This document shows, piece after piece, positions 23,796-36,265 of a stretch of DNA of 64,000 bases; the stretch's first letter is position 1; every line of letters begins with the position of its first letter. The DNA is from Phoronis australis. Taxonomy: Eukaryota > Animalia > Phoronida. The position numbers were made by a program, and so were the translations under genes. Below the pieces are notes generated by a model. The model was not told the origin of the DNA. It saw only the letters and a program-made list of their open reading frames with translations, and did no database searches. Where the stretch lies: assembly GCA_002633005.1 (NCBI GenBank), contig NMRA01000526.1:62001-126000 (forward strand), written 5' to 3'.

Positions 23796-26302
23796 GTTAA
23801 CCGAAGCAACTTATGACATTTAAGAGTTTATTAACTCAGTACTGCAGTTTCAAAGCAAGTTAAATTCTGGTACTTTCTAGCACACGGACCATTGTAGGCA
23901 TTTCCTGCATCAAAACCTGGGTTGAATAACGTAGACTGGTTCAATTTTCCAAACTGCAATCATCATGTTGAAAACCCAACTTAAGCTTTTCCGGCAACAA
24001 GCTCAACCCATCCCCCCATCACTGGTCACACCACAGTTATCCCCCAGTGAAGGGTTTGTCCGAACCCCCACTCCACTCACTTATTCCTGGTGACGGGTTC
24101 ATGTGTTTTTCCACCTCGTTCTGCAATTCCTTAAACTTCTCCGCCTCTTCCTCCATTTCCTTCACCCGTGCCTTGATAGCCTCCAACTCCTGCCAGACAA
24201 GATGCAGTCACAATTGTGACATCTGTGACAAAAGACCAGGACAAGAGGCCTACTTACTACCAGAAATGAGCCACTACAGTAACTGCAATCACAAAGACAT
24301 TCATTTGAATCTCTTTGGGATTGCATTTATTTTAAAAAGGTGCCTTTTCCAATTTCACACCCTACAAAAGGAGACCAATTTGGAAGTTCGAACCAACGTA
24401 AAGGTTTATTTTTCAACAACAAAAATACAACCAGTCTACACACCCTGTCATATACATGTACGAACAACAATGTACTGACCTTGCATGCGAAAAACAATGT
24501 GAAGACAGAGGCACAAAAATTGTTCATGACTTCTTCTTAGACGAACAAAAGTTGTCAAATCGGACGTGTTTTATTCAGGTAACCTGGAAGTTGTTTACTA
24601 TTGTTTCCACCAGTCTGCACTATGCATAAGAGTCGATTACGAAGTCATATACGAAAAATTGGGTTGTGTAGACGAGGATTTATAGTTTTAGGTACAATCT
24701 GGAAGACATAACCAGGATGGCACAATTACTTTCACATATTTCAACTCGTTTTCGAATGTGATTTGAAAACGAACTGTTCTCTGTCATGTGGAGGAAAGGG
24801 CCTGCGTTTTTGCTTCAAGATGAGTCTCGGTGGCCGAATACGAGATTTACGCCTGCCCAGCTGGAGGTCAAAGAAGATAATTTTTTTTTGTTTGCGTCAC
24901 GAGTAGTAAATGGGATTCAACTGAATTATGGGGCAGGCATTCTAGCTGGTTTCGTTTGTGTAAGGTTTTTGCGCGGCTGCGGCGGTTTGTTCTATGGGTT
25001 CAGGACGAACAAAGATGTGCAACTGGACGTTTGACTGCAAGTGAGGTGAGTTCGGCCGAGACAGCAATCTTAAGAGACGTCCAAGCTCAGCATTATGTGC
25101 CTGAAATTCAGAGCTTGAAGTCCAGGCTGAAGGTTAGAAAATCCAGTCCTATTTGGAGTCTAGAATCCTTCGCACGGGATTCGTCATGTAGGTTGAGAAA
25201 TGCTTGCCTGATCCAGATGATTCGAGGCTATTATTGTACCCAGGGACTGCCACGTCGCTTCGTTGATTTTGAGGCATGTTCACCAGTTCGTCACGCAGCA
25301 TTCTGGCCGGGAACACGTTCTATCATCCATACGGTCTTGTTTCTGGATCCCTAGAGTTAGGGTTTTAATTATCCGTCAGCTTCGAGGGTTTTTACACGCA
25401 GAAGATCAAAGGGCGGTTTACTGACTCGGCGTATGGCCGGCTTACCGGTTGATAGGGTGTGTCTTCAGGTGACCCCGCTTTTTCTTACTCTGGTGTGGAT
25501 TGCTTTGGGCCCTTCCTGGTCAAAAGGGGCCGGGGTAGAGAAAAGCGCTATGGTTGTTTGTTTACTTGCCTCACGTCTAGAGCCATTCACATTGAGACGC
25601 TGTACTCGTTAGACACTGACTCGTTTATTAATGCCCTTATGAGATTTATTTCCAGGCGAAGTGTCCCCAAGAAGCTGCGTTCAGACAATTGCACCAATTT
25701 TGTGGGCGGTGAAAAGGAGATTCGTGAGTCGATCCGCAAGTGGAATGAATCTCATCAGTGTCAAGACAGCATGCTGATTCGTCAGATCGAATAGAAGTTT
25801 AACCCTCCGTTGTTCTCGCACATGGGAGGAGTGTGGGAGCGCCAAATTCGTTCAGTGCGGAACGTGTTGAATGTGCTGCTTCGTAATCAGGTCCTCGACG
25901 ACGAACGACTGGATACTGTGTTTTGTGAGGTTGAGAACACTGTTAATAGCAGACCTTTAACTGTGACGTCAGACGATCTGAACGATTTGAATCCTCTAAC
26001 GCCTAATGATTTGCTGCACCCGTCTAAGGGTTTTGCAGTCCCTCCAGGTAATTTTGACGCGAAGCATATGTTCCGACGTAGGTGGCTTAATGTGCAGTTT
26101 GTGTGTGACCAGTTTTGGCGCAGGTGGTTGAAGGAATATCTTCCTACTCTGCAGGTTCGTTGGAAGTGGCTTAGCATTAAACAAAATTTAAATGTAGGTA
26201 ATGTTGCAATTGTTGCGTATGAGAGTTTACCTCGCAATTGTTGGAAATTAGGTCGAGTACTGAAGAAATGTCCTGATAAGGAGAGTCTCGCTAAAACTGT
26301 CC

Positions 26303-27349
26303 CAGACCTGCCAAGTCTCACGCAACTCGCGTGAGTCTCACGCATTTGGCCACTGCCTCACGCACTCACGCGAACCTTAAGCAATCTCACGCAAAAACCT
26401 AGTTTTTTACGCTTATATCGTGGTTATATGATCCTTAGCGGTGTTGACGAGTCGAGTGACATGCGGAGCACTCTGCCACCTAGTGCACATTATTATCGGT
26501 ATTCGTTATAGACGATGTTATATCGTTTTCATGAAATAAAATAGTTTTTAATTAATGTAATGTAACAGGAGTGCCCTGGACATGATTATGTTAGTAAGAT
26601 ATATGCGCCCTCTAGTGGTCAAGCTGTGTATTACGTATGGAATTTTCCTATGATGTTGAGTCCTTTGGACATGGCCAAATATGGTCAGAAGCTAGGAGCT
26701 ATGGGCCTTGCCCTTCAGATCGTGTCTGATTGGTTGAAATTGTGTACTTAAGCTTTGTCTCTGTCAGACACGAGGAGTCCAGTCGCAGAGTTCAAGAAGC
26801 AAACATGTACACCTTCACTCACACCAAATTGCAACTGTTTGTGCAGCTTTCGGGCTCCTCCCGAACTTGGTTGCCAATAGTTTAGCCCCATGCAATTCTC
26901 GGGCTCCTCCCGAGCTTGATTGCATCTCACCTTTCGGATCTGAATAACCAAATTGCCCCGTTCTTGCACACACAACTATTAATCAGCGACTGGCTTGCCC
27001 GTGTATCAGAACTGTATAAATCACAACGCTGCGATACTAAGTCATGGAACAACTAGATTGCTTGTAAGTGTGGAATATTGTAGTTATATATTCTTACAAT
27101 AAACCTATGTATTATTCACCAACTTTTAGTTTTCAATATCACCCTCAGTCCGCACCGGGCTCGTAAAATCGGGGCGCCTTGGTCGTAGATACCGCCCCCG
27201 TTACAGTAATATGACTAGTTAGTCTTATATTTGATACTTAGTGAAGATATCGCCAGGAACCTCAAGCAAAATTTGAGCAAATTTGTCCAATCTCAAGCAA
27301 ACTTTCAACCAACCTCCAGCAAAGTTGTTATAACCCCTTGGCAGGTCTG
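26303..27349. mobile_element. DNA-transposon MITE (TIR cagacctgccaa) splitting the BEL integrase
   Basis: cagacctgccaa at 26303 and ttggcaggtctg ending at 27349. The BEL frame KTV|RVKT is continuous across it. Confidence 0.8.
26561..27205 (+). mobile_element. Solo LTR nested in the MITE
   Basis: TGTAAC...GTTACA ends, a 4-bp TSD gtaa, and AATAAA at ~27098. Confidence 0.75.
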
Positions 27350-27599
27350 CTGTTCGAGTTAAGACTGCTGGTTCTGGCTTGATTAGACCTATTATCAAGC
27401 TTTGCCTGCTTAAATCATACGTTTAGGTTTAGGTTTTAGGAAATGCTTATAGATGAATTCGCATTTTGGGGCCGGTGTTGCGGATGATTTGCAGGTTATT
27501 TTGTTAATTGTGTATTTTGTATGTGACGTTCTTTTGTTTTACTTAGTGTTAGTTTCTATCTTGCCGATGGGCCTTTCTAGCCTATTGTTTCACTGGTTC

Positions 27600-30260
27600 G
27601 CTATTTCATTCTGCCCGCAGGAGTCGATTCAGCGAAACCTCCTGTAGCCCCTTACTCTGGAACTTTAGAAACCGCTTTACATGTCCAGCAAAGCCGAAGT
27701 AGCAGATTTTTAAGTATCCAGACCACCGTAGCACATCCTCGAGCGCACCTCCAAAACAGTGGAGATGCAAACCCAAGGCTGCACCACAGTGACGCTTCAG
27801 GAGGTCAAAGACAAAGTCATGGCCTTTCTGTAAGCGTGGGTTATCTGGGGAACCACGCACTGGATCACCACGACTTCGTTTTTGAGGCTGGGGGAACTGG
27901 CTCGGACCTCAGCAAAGATCCGCGCCATTTCCTCCAAAGCCTCTTTTTGGGTGGACAAATCCTCCCGTTATTCTAGACCGCTACAAATGGCTCCTTTAGC
28001 AGCTGGGGAGTCGTTCTACAACACCCGTATTCGTTGACCCAATCCGTTCGGGGTGGATACCCACTACAGCCTTCCAGCCATGTGGAGAACGGGAAGCCTC
28101 GACGTACTTCCAGTTTTCCACATCGCAAAAAACTGCAACCCCACAGACAAACTGGACAGTCTTCAGAGAAGCTCATGGCAGCCGGGCGCCGAGCATTTGG
28201 TCGATCGTCAGCATCCTAGTCTCAGAGAGTTGTCGCTGAGCCAAGGATGCCGACAAGCGATGCAAATGGAAATGGGTATCTATAGCTAAATCAAGGACTG
28301 GTCCTGATTTGGCTTTGGATGTGGGCGGCGAAGCCCCAGATGATCGTCGACCCTTTCAGGGCCGACCAGGTGGCTTGCGGGCCTTAGCCGCATATGACAT
28401 CTGAGGGTACGGCGAACCAGCATCCCTCACCCTTTGTGGAAGGGTGACCTTTCTTCCTCCAGTGAAGCAGACGGCCAGCCTGTTGATGTAGGGCGTTACC
28501 AGAAGATGCCTCCTGAATATTAATAGTGTCCATAGGGGCATCTACAAACTCAGGAGGTGGATCCAGCAAAACAACAGGGTTGTGAGGCACCTTTGACCTC
28601 TGAAATTGAACCGTAACCAGGGTGTGCACAATACCCAATGGCTCAGAATTAGTAACCACCTGGGTACTAGAAACAGCTTCATCACTCAGCTCAGGCATAC
28701 CAATCAAATTAACCGGAACTGAACACTGGAGTACTAATCACATCAGTATCAGTAATGGGTAATTCAATCAGACTATCCTGAGTGAGCACGGAAACTTTAG
28801 AAGCTAGACACTCCATAACCCCAAGGGAGTTCCGGCACAAAGACTATCAGTAGACAAGTCAATCAAATCATGAAGTACATCATTAGATCTAGCCAAGACA
28901 GGTCGACCTCTCCCCTGACCGTCATCATGCACGGAAATACCCCGAGAAGAAGTGGGCACACTCCCTACTTTTAAACAGTCTAACAGATCACCGGTAGTCG
29001 ATATGCGTTTGATATTCTTATTTAACGAACCTAAAACACCATCCGTGGGACTGAATATTTTAGTTGGGCGGTCTGAGGACACCCATAAAGTGGCATCACG
29101 AGTTACTCCGGATCATCCAGCCCCAACTCGTTTAAATCATCGGACTGATCCCCAAAGGATGTACGACGAATTCTAGCGGACTGCGGGCTACGGCACGAAG
29201 ACTGGTAGTGACCAAACTTTCCACACTTAAAACATACTACTGAAGGTCTCTGTGGGAAAGCTTGGGGAGACCTAGATGGTGGAGGGGATCTAGATGGCCT
29301 TGGATTAGAATCCAGTAACCTTAATACACTCGACAAATCTGAGGTATTGCCTCTAACATTTGAACTCATAGTCTGGGACATACCTTTAAGTTCCCGATAT
29401 ATAAGGGCATTGTCTTCTTTAAGACCTCCTATTTCAGAGTTGACCTTAGCCATCTGAGATTATAAAGCATGTAGTCTAGACTCAACCGCAGAGCTTGAAG
29501 CGGAGGACGCTAGTGGAGAAAATTTCAGTGCAGGCTTTTTCTACTTCGAAACTGGGTTGACTGAAGCATCGTCAGGACGCGATGGCGAGCCCTCGAACCA
29601 AACAGGCCGACGGTTTTGATTAGCTATCAATTACTGGGTCGTAGCGAACCATGCAGCCTTGGACTCCGCCTCAGAAAGGGACGAAGGAGATGAATTCATC
29701 ATCTTCGTAACAACTACCTTATCTCGTAACCCAAGGGAAAACCTGAACACAGGATCTATGTTTTCTTGCTCCGAAGGGTTCGGGAAGGCTTTTAAAAACA
29801 ACCGATTTAACCCTACATGCCCAATTCTCAATAGATTCCCCTAGCTTCTGCAGAGCGTATTGGAATTCTAGACGCAAATCTTGGCCATGGGTGCAGTCAG
29901 TTGATGAAAAATGTTCTGACATGTGTACAACCACGTCATCGAATCCAGAGTCTGGGTTCGTTCTCATAAAATTCAGAAAGCAATGTAGGGCAACATCATC
30001 CGAACGCATTCCTAATTCTGACACGCACTTGTCTTCGGACCATAAATTGTCCTTAGCTAAGCCCTGAAACTTCCAAAATATGTCGTCCCACTTGCCTTTA
30101 TCCCCTAGAAATACTAACTTAGACGGGGCATTTGGCCTTAAGTTATAGGGACGGGTGGAGGTAGACGGGCCAGCCGTTCGGCTACCAGAACGGGGGGCAC
30201 AGGCACAGACAAAGAAGTATCCTGCTCAGTAGCGGAGTACTTTCTTCACACTGTAACAGG
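27600..30260 (-). mobile_element. Degenerate gag-type retroelement with a TatD-family nuclease domain downstream of the zinc knuckle
   Basis: Gag-like capsid (FLGDKGKWDDIFWKFQGLAKDNLW; QKLGESIENWACRVK), coiled coil and CFKCGKFGHYQSSC, then TatD motifs IDTHFHL, GVAVFCD, AVVGIHP, LHLHCFGG, CYFGF and LNRLL. Stops and frameshifts are present. Confidence 0.8.
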
Positions 30261-31516
30261 GGATTTATTTAACCTGTCACAGGCCTAGGCAATGCCATTC
30301 AAGTCTTGGGGCAAACGGGTCTACGCACGGGACTACCTAGAGGAGAGGTATCTCGGGACTGAACAACTGGGTGAAACCAATGCCAGAAACAGCACTCCTC
30401 GCCCTCCATCCCGTATGGATGCGGTTAACATTATCAAGAGTTATCGGCTGCCTTATGGCTTTGCAGAAAAGCCATGATAGCTTCAACAATCTCTTCGGTC
30501 ATGCCCGATAGCTTAAATAACTCTTGGGAAAGACAGAAGTTGATTGGAACCCCATCTATCTTCTATCTTCTTCTATTATTATATATAAAATGCAACGTTT
30601 GCACAAACTCCGTCTCCCCCGCTCCACTACAGACCTTCGTTGCGCCTGTTTCGGTACCGCCATGGTCCCAGGTATTGCACTGGCCCCCTATTTGGATTCG
30701 AGGTGTTCTATTTTTTTCTCGCGGGCCGTTTTTTTGCGGATGCTGAAGGGGGGTGGCCATTTTCGTACTGGCCTTGGTGACGTCATTTCGCTTAATTTCA
30801 CTCCGTCTGGCTTCTGTCGCGTATATAATTAATCGGGCCTGTCGCCGCCAAAACGAATGATTCCTCATTAAAAATTTTTTACTCGTCCTTGAGTAAACTA
30901 AATTATTTACCCGGGTGTTGAAAAATTGGCGTTCTTCATACAACTAGCTGGTTTTCTACCTCAGTGTGATTTATGATGCAACTTTTGTAACTTTGTGTAC
31001 TGTACAATATTTGATATGCACTCTTAGTTTTCACTTCAAAAGAATATCTGATTACCGTACTTTGTGTTACGGCAGGGTCAATCGTTCTGGAAAGAAATTT
31101 GTACTGCCTGGGGAAAGAATCCCGCAGCCGCACACCTTGCCTACTAAACTCTGACAGTGACAGAATTTCTGCTTGAAGCTTTGAACACGGTCTCTTCAAG
31201 AAGTATTCCTGTCTCTTGCAATGAACACTTTCGTGACTCTTAGGTGTAGCTATTTCCTCTCGGCGTTTCACACTAGCTGCTACCCGTGTGAAAGCACGGA
31301 TAACGGCTAGTAAACGACATATTCAACACACGGGGCGTCCCCCTAAAAAAACCACGTGGTCACGCAACCTAATCTAGAATTCACAGAAAGGTTATACAAA
31401 TTCATAAAGGAAGACAATTGTTTTCAGTGTTTTTAAAAAGAGGAGGATGTAATTGTAACGTGATGAGCTCATTGTTCACTTCCATTATTTGTTTAGACTG
31501 GCTGTCAGAGTAATTA

Positions 31517-31650
31517 CATGGGAGGCGAGCACGGAAAAAGTGGGGGGGCTAAACCCCCCTCAGCCCCCTGTGGTGCATCGCCTATAAACCATGTGTGGCG
31601 AAGCACTGAAAAAGTGGGGGGCTATAGCCCTCTATGGTGCGCCGCCCATG
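31517..31650. mobile_element. Short MITE (CATGGGCGG family); relatives at 33380-33445 and 63294-63419
   Basis: Ends catggg...gccgcccatg with internal gggggctatagcccc hairpins. Confidence 0.65.
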
Positions 31651-31999
31651 AATTAATCATGGTGATCACATTAATTAATCGTTGGCCACCAACATTATGC
31701 TTATAGTACATGCTTTGTAGTAGCTGTGTAGTCTCAGTCACGTTTTGTACATCATACAGTTCAGTTCATTTAATAGATACTTATATCTATATAGAAACAG
31801 GTCTCTTTTGCCTTCGTCTTGATAGTACACAAAATATTACATCCATTTTCTGCCATCTTACAACTAGAATCGAAAAATATTACCTCAGTTATAGACACCA
31901 GTTTAAGTGTACCCAAATTCAAATATTACTCGTATTCACAAACTAGTAAGAAATTAAGATGCGAACGATTAGTGAAAACATAACTCGACTCACCGTTAT

Positions 32000-32082
32000 C
32001 ACAGGCGCCCTCAGCTTCTGGTCGTCCCCTATAATTATATAATACTAGTATAGGGGACGATCAGAAGCTGAGGACGCCTGTG
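32000..32082. mobile_element. 83-bp minimal CACAGGCG hAT MITE
   Basis: A near-perfect hairpin with the 8-bp TSD accgttat. The empty site is visible in the paralog at ~1501. Confidence 0.9.
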
Positions 32083-32899
32083 ACCGTTATTAGATAATGG
32101 CGATGCTCAGTACTGACCTCTTGTAAGCTCTGTCATAGACACCGACCGTGCTGAGTCCGGCGAAATGCAGGGCTCCGTGACGTGAACTGGTACCATACAG
32201 CGCCCGGTTGCTCACATAAAACGTGTTCCTTTTCAATATCCTATTTTTCAGTGGGAACAATGGCAGTTATGAATTTGAAAATGCCTAAAGTAATTGGCGC
32301 CCATTTCCTAAAGAGGTGTGTTCTGTCCTGATGCTGTCATATAATTCAGTTTTCATATTTTTTACTCAGGCTGGCCCGCTCCGGCAGTAGAGAGCCCAGT
32401 GAGCCGGGGAAACCGCAAAGCCACGGTTACTCAGATAACAATACATTTGTACAATTGATAATCCTATGCACGGGCCTGTAGCCAGGGGGGTTCGGGGCGG
32501 GGGGTCGTTCGAACCCCCCCCCCCCGGCCTCCATCGGAAAAGGTCCAGCCCCGACCTATCCGTTAAAGATGGGATATAGGTGGACAAGAACAATAGAATT
32601 GTTGCACCTACTGGTACTACTAAGTACAATGATAACTAAGTCAGTAAGAGTTTTGAATTTAGTTCACGTAATCATCGGGTTGTACTCGGTCAACTTCGTC
32701 CGAATGGTGCTTGATGATACGATCGAGCAGACGATTAGAGAAGGCTTTATGCCTTTATTCGTCGGCAATGGACGCGCGTGGTGGCTATAACATAGGGTAA
32801 CACGGGAGTCTAGAAGTAAATGTCTATACCCGGCCTAGATGCGCTGTAGCAGCGAGAGAGCTTGCAAAAAGTAGTGCCGTGTGAATGTCTTAAAATCAA

Positions 32900-33378
32900 C
32901 CAAGAAACAAAATACCAGAAAGTAGGTTTATCTGCTATTTTGATATTAAAGAAAACAACAACGGTTTTAAGACTTGACATGTTTCGGTGTCATCTAGTCA
33001 ACACCATCTTCAGAAGTGAGAATACAGTGGCCACCTAGCTAGGCCCAGCAACAAGTAATGAAGCACAGATAGTCAGTTACAGGGAGTGACAATGAACTAG
33101 ACCAACAATGACAACCTGTGATGTGTCAGTTGCCTATTGACTCACGAATTTTAAGCTCCTTTATTGTTACTGCCTGGTCTATTACTATTTTGATAGTGGC
33201 AGAGTACGGTAAAGTGCAGACATTATCAAACTTTCACTTTGGTTGTGGATTGGTGGATGACATGCATGCGTGTACACGTGTGTGCGTTTCCATTCTTTTA
33301 AATTCAGTACATGCCTATGATAATTAAGTTCACTATAGGAAGTCCTCCATCGTTGCTCAAAAATCAGACATTTAACCA
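32900..33378 (-). mobile_element. Penelope-like element 3' remnant
   Basis: A degenerate GIY-YIG tail (IKIVIDQAVTIKELKIRESIG) followed by a hammerhead motif. Confidence 0.55.
32972..33017 (-). ncRNA. Type I hammerhead ribozyme
   Basis: The minus strand reads ACUU-CUGAAGA-U-GGUGUU(gacuagau)GACACC-GAAA-CAUG-UC^-AAGU: complete core, stems I and II, palindromic stem III and a GUC cleavage triplet. Confidence 0.85.
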
Positions 33379-36265
33379 CATGGGCGCCGCACCATAGGGG
33401 GTTGGAGGGCTATAGACCCCATTTTTCAGTGCTGTGCCGCCCATGGTCTAAGAACATACAAGTCTTCGCAAAATTTTGCCATGATAAAGCTGACACGCGA
33501 TCACACTTATGTACCTGCGAGATTCTTGATCAGTGACGGGAACTAAGCCCAGCTCTGCTGGAACATCTCCGAGATGGAAGTGGAGGGTGAGCACCTAGTA
33601 TTCTCTGGAGTTGTTATTAGTGAAGTGTTCCTACTAATGAAACAACTGTGTGTCGCCAGGTCGAAACCATGAAAAGAATGTGCATTAGGCTACTAGGCCT
33701 TTATAAGACACGCGGTTATTGTTCAAATTGCCAGATTGCGGAAAATGCATTTTGAAAATGTAAAAAAACGTGTGTTCATATGCCTACAGAAGTGACTTCC
33801 TGGACGTGGACTCTATTTGTTATAAACTGAAATCGCTTTTTTAGAAACGCTGGTGATCAGACTTCGTACAAAACAACGCACCGGAATTTTCCGTGGATCG
33901 TGGGCGTGTATTCGGAAAATGAACATTTTCAGACGTTTTAATAACACCAAATAAATGCCCGGAACTAGGGGGCGTGTAAACGGAAAGTCAGAGTTTTGCC
34001 GACTTTGACATTTTTTTACTTAAAACTGTGCTTTTAAAATTCATGTTAATAAATTAATGCTCCACAAACCTAAAAAGTGACAAAACGTTGATGCTGAGAG
34101 GGCTTTTAAGAGGAATTTTTCGAAAAAACACTCGACTATCTATATGGACACTTGACACCAAAAGTTGTAACATAAATTTTGGAATAAACTCCCATGGACG
34201 CTTCATCGGGTGGGTTTATTTACGAAAAATCCCGGTACTAATGTTGGCCTACTTTATGGCTTATCAATGATCCAGTTGTTGTTTGAAAGTAGGAACAACA
34301 AAAGCTCACAAGTCCGCCGTGAGCCCATGGTACTAAATGCGTTATTGCGACAGTTGCGACGCTGCATTTTCTGAAGAACGTTGCGATTATTTTTCATATT
34401 CAGGCTTAACGTCCGTCGTCTCGAGCTACATTAATGATTTCTGTGCAAAGCAAAATCTGAGTTACAAAAGACGATGTATGATTCTTCTTAGCGGCAAGAC
34501 CGCACTTACTATCCGATTGATAAAACGTGTCCAAGATGTTTTAGAAGCAGATGACGCAGAGCTACACTGTAGGTTAAAAGGCGACTTTGTTGTATGGACT
34601 GTCGCGTGGACATCATGCTATTTCGCCAATATATGGTGACTTGCAAATATGTTGTAAAAGTGAACGAAATGCAAAAGCGCGATTAAGAAGTTCCTTTAGA
34701 GTATTATAATTTCCTATAATGGTTCCACCTTCCTTTTGAAGCAGCCATGATGCCTCCGAGATGCTAGGAGTTTAATTTTGAAAGTAGTGTCCAGCAGACG
34801 AGATTTAATTCGAATAGTATTTCCCATAATCTTGAGACAATAATGGAAGATAAGAGCAACTGTCGTGGAAAATTGTTAACAGGATGCCCGTGTACCTCTA
34901 ATAATGGACTGGAGAATAATGTGCTCCGAGATCAAAGAGGGGCATAATGTGTCGCTTCTCATATATTTCGGAACCCTAAAATATAAAAGATTGAGAGCTT
35001 GCCTCAATCGTTACAGATTTCCCCACTCCCTTCTCGGACGCCCACTGGCACAATTTCCAACAGAGTTACCCCCCCCCCTCCCCACACAGCCAAAGCTTCA
35101 GGGGACGGTTTCACTTATTTTGTTGGGGGTCTAAATCGCACATTTAGTTTGTTTAAAGATACGTTTCGCCGCTGCTAACTTTATTTTCATTTCTTAACCA
35201 ATGTCACAGAAAATGCGTACATGCGCCATTTTCGAACTCCCAATTTTATGGTTTGCCCGAAACGAACCTCAATAACTACCCTGAAGCGTTTTCTCGAGTC
35301 GCTGTTGGTCTTAATGTTCTTGTTGGTCAAGGAAATAGAATCCTATCACGGCCGACTGTAAGAGACCGATTTTTTTAGAGCAAAAGACCTACTTCGATTT
35401 CTGTTTTAGCCAGCTGAACAGAGCACAATACAGCTACAATTAAGGAATCATCCGCCACTGCACCGGCCCTTCCATTTATCCTAGAAATACTAGAGATATT
35501 ACGAATGATAATGGGTGAACAAGCAGATCCCTCTACCCTTGAGGTCAAACAAGGCCACATGCGGAAGCATCGACACTACAGTGCTGCTTTGTAAGTGCTT
35601 CTCATGAAATCCTGAATCCCTAAAAACCCTACAGCAACACCGACCCTAAACACAGTAGAAACACGCATGTCTGAAATGTGTCTCCAAATAAAAGTTCTGT
35701 CTCGACTGGTTCTAAACCAACAAGAGAAACTACAACTGTAAAACCCCTAGCACTTGTCAACTTTTCGTCCAGCTCAGATAACGTTCCAGTCTCACCTCTC
35801 TTCAAGGGGTAGCGTCGGGCTCAGGAGTAGAGAGAACTCGGACAACGAGGAGACGTGGCAAAGACAAAGATGTAAAGAGCAGTATCTTTTTATGTATTTG
35901 ACTTTCCTTGTTTGCATTTTGTCACCTGCAACAAATACCATTAAAACATGCAGGGATCTACTCCACTGAAACATCTGACTGAAGTCACCAGCTGCTTTAA
36001 ACATTTACTTTTGGTGTAAATGCGACACATTTAAAGACGTTGTAAACCAGATTTTCATAAAAATAACTTTAGATAACTTAACCTTATGGAAAACTGGAAT
36101 CAACCGGTTCTTTACTCAGTAAGGAAAGACAGTTCAGTTTTGCTGGATACCAACCCCAAAAAGGTATCAAACAGTAACAATCTGTGAGAGCTTCCCAAGC
36201 ACAACATTTGTTTCACAAGTTGAGACCAGTTTTTCATAGCAGAAAGAGGTCAAAATCAAAAGTTA

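Larger units (their letters stand above)
24785..27600 (+). mobile_element. BEL/Pao LTR retrotransposon 3' part (integrase, PPT, start of LTR)
   Basis: [76 protein letters not shown]. It resumes at 27350 as VRVKT..RPIIKLCLL, and ggggccgg precedes TGTTGC at ~27476. Confidence 0.92.
18892..31856 (-). pseudogene. PABPN1: Second PABPN1 copy, truncated at both ends (exons 24081-24189, 23558-23619, 20117-20223, 19176-19263, 18892-18987; a 14-nt exon 1 relic at ~31843-31856)
   Basis: GT-AG exons splice in frame: [28 protein letters not shown] / DLRSIYVGN / [36 protein letters not shown] / [20 protein letters not shown] / VSPKRT..RGRGRG..YSN*. Conserved RRM residues are altered (LC>QY, F>C in RNP1, G>C). 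Exon 1 is reduced to ATGGCAGAAAATGG. Confidence 0.85.
31843..34620. repeat. Paralogous copy of the PABPN1 promoter/upstream region (1350-2500 and 7860-8830)
   Basis: Colinear matches: 31843-32450 to 1350-1880, 33449-33720 to 2003-2497, and 33735-34620 to 7865-8830. Confidence 0.9.

Noticed and set aside
30563-31271. Minus-strand ORFs of 126 and 111 aa
   Set aside because: They have no recognisable motifs and are likely decayed repeat sequence.
35400-35960. Possible plus-strand exons with splice-like signals
   Set aside because: No recognisable protein or consistent reading frame was found.
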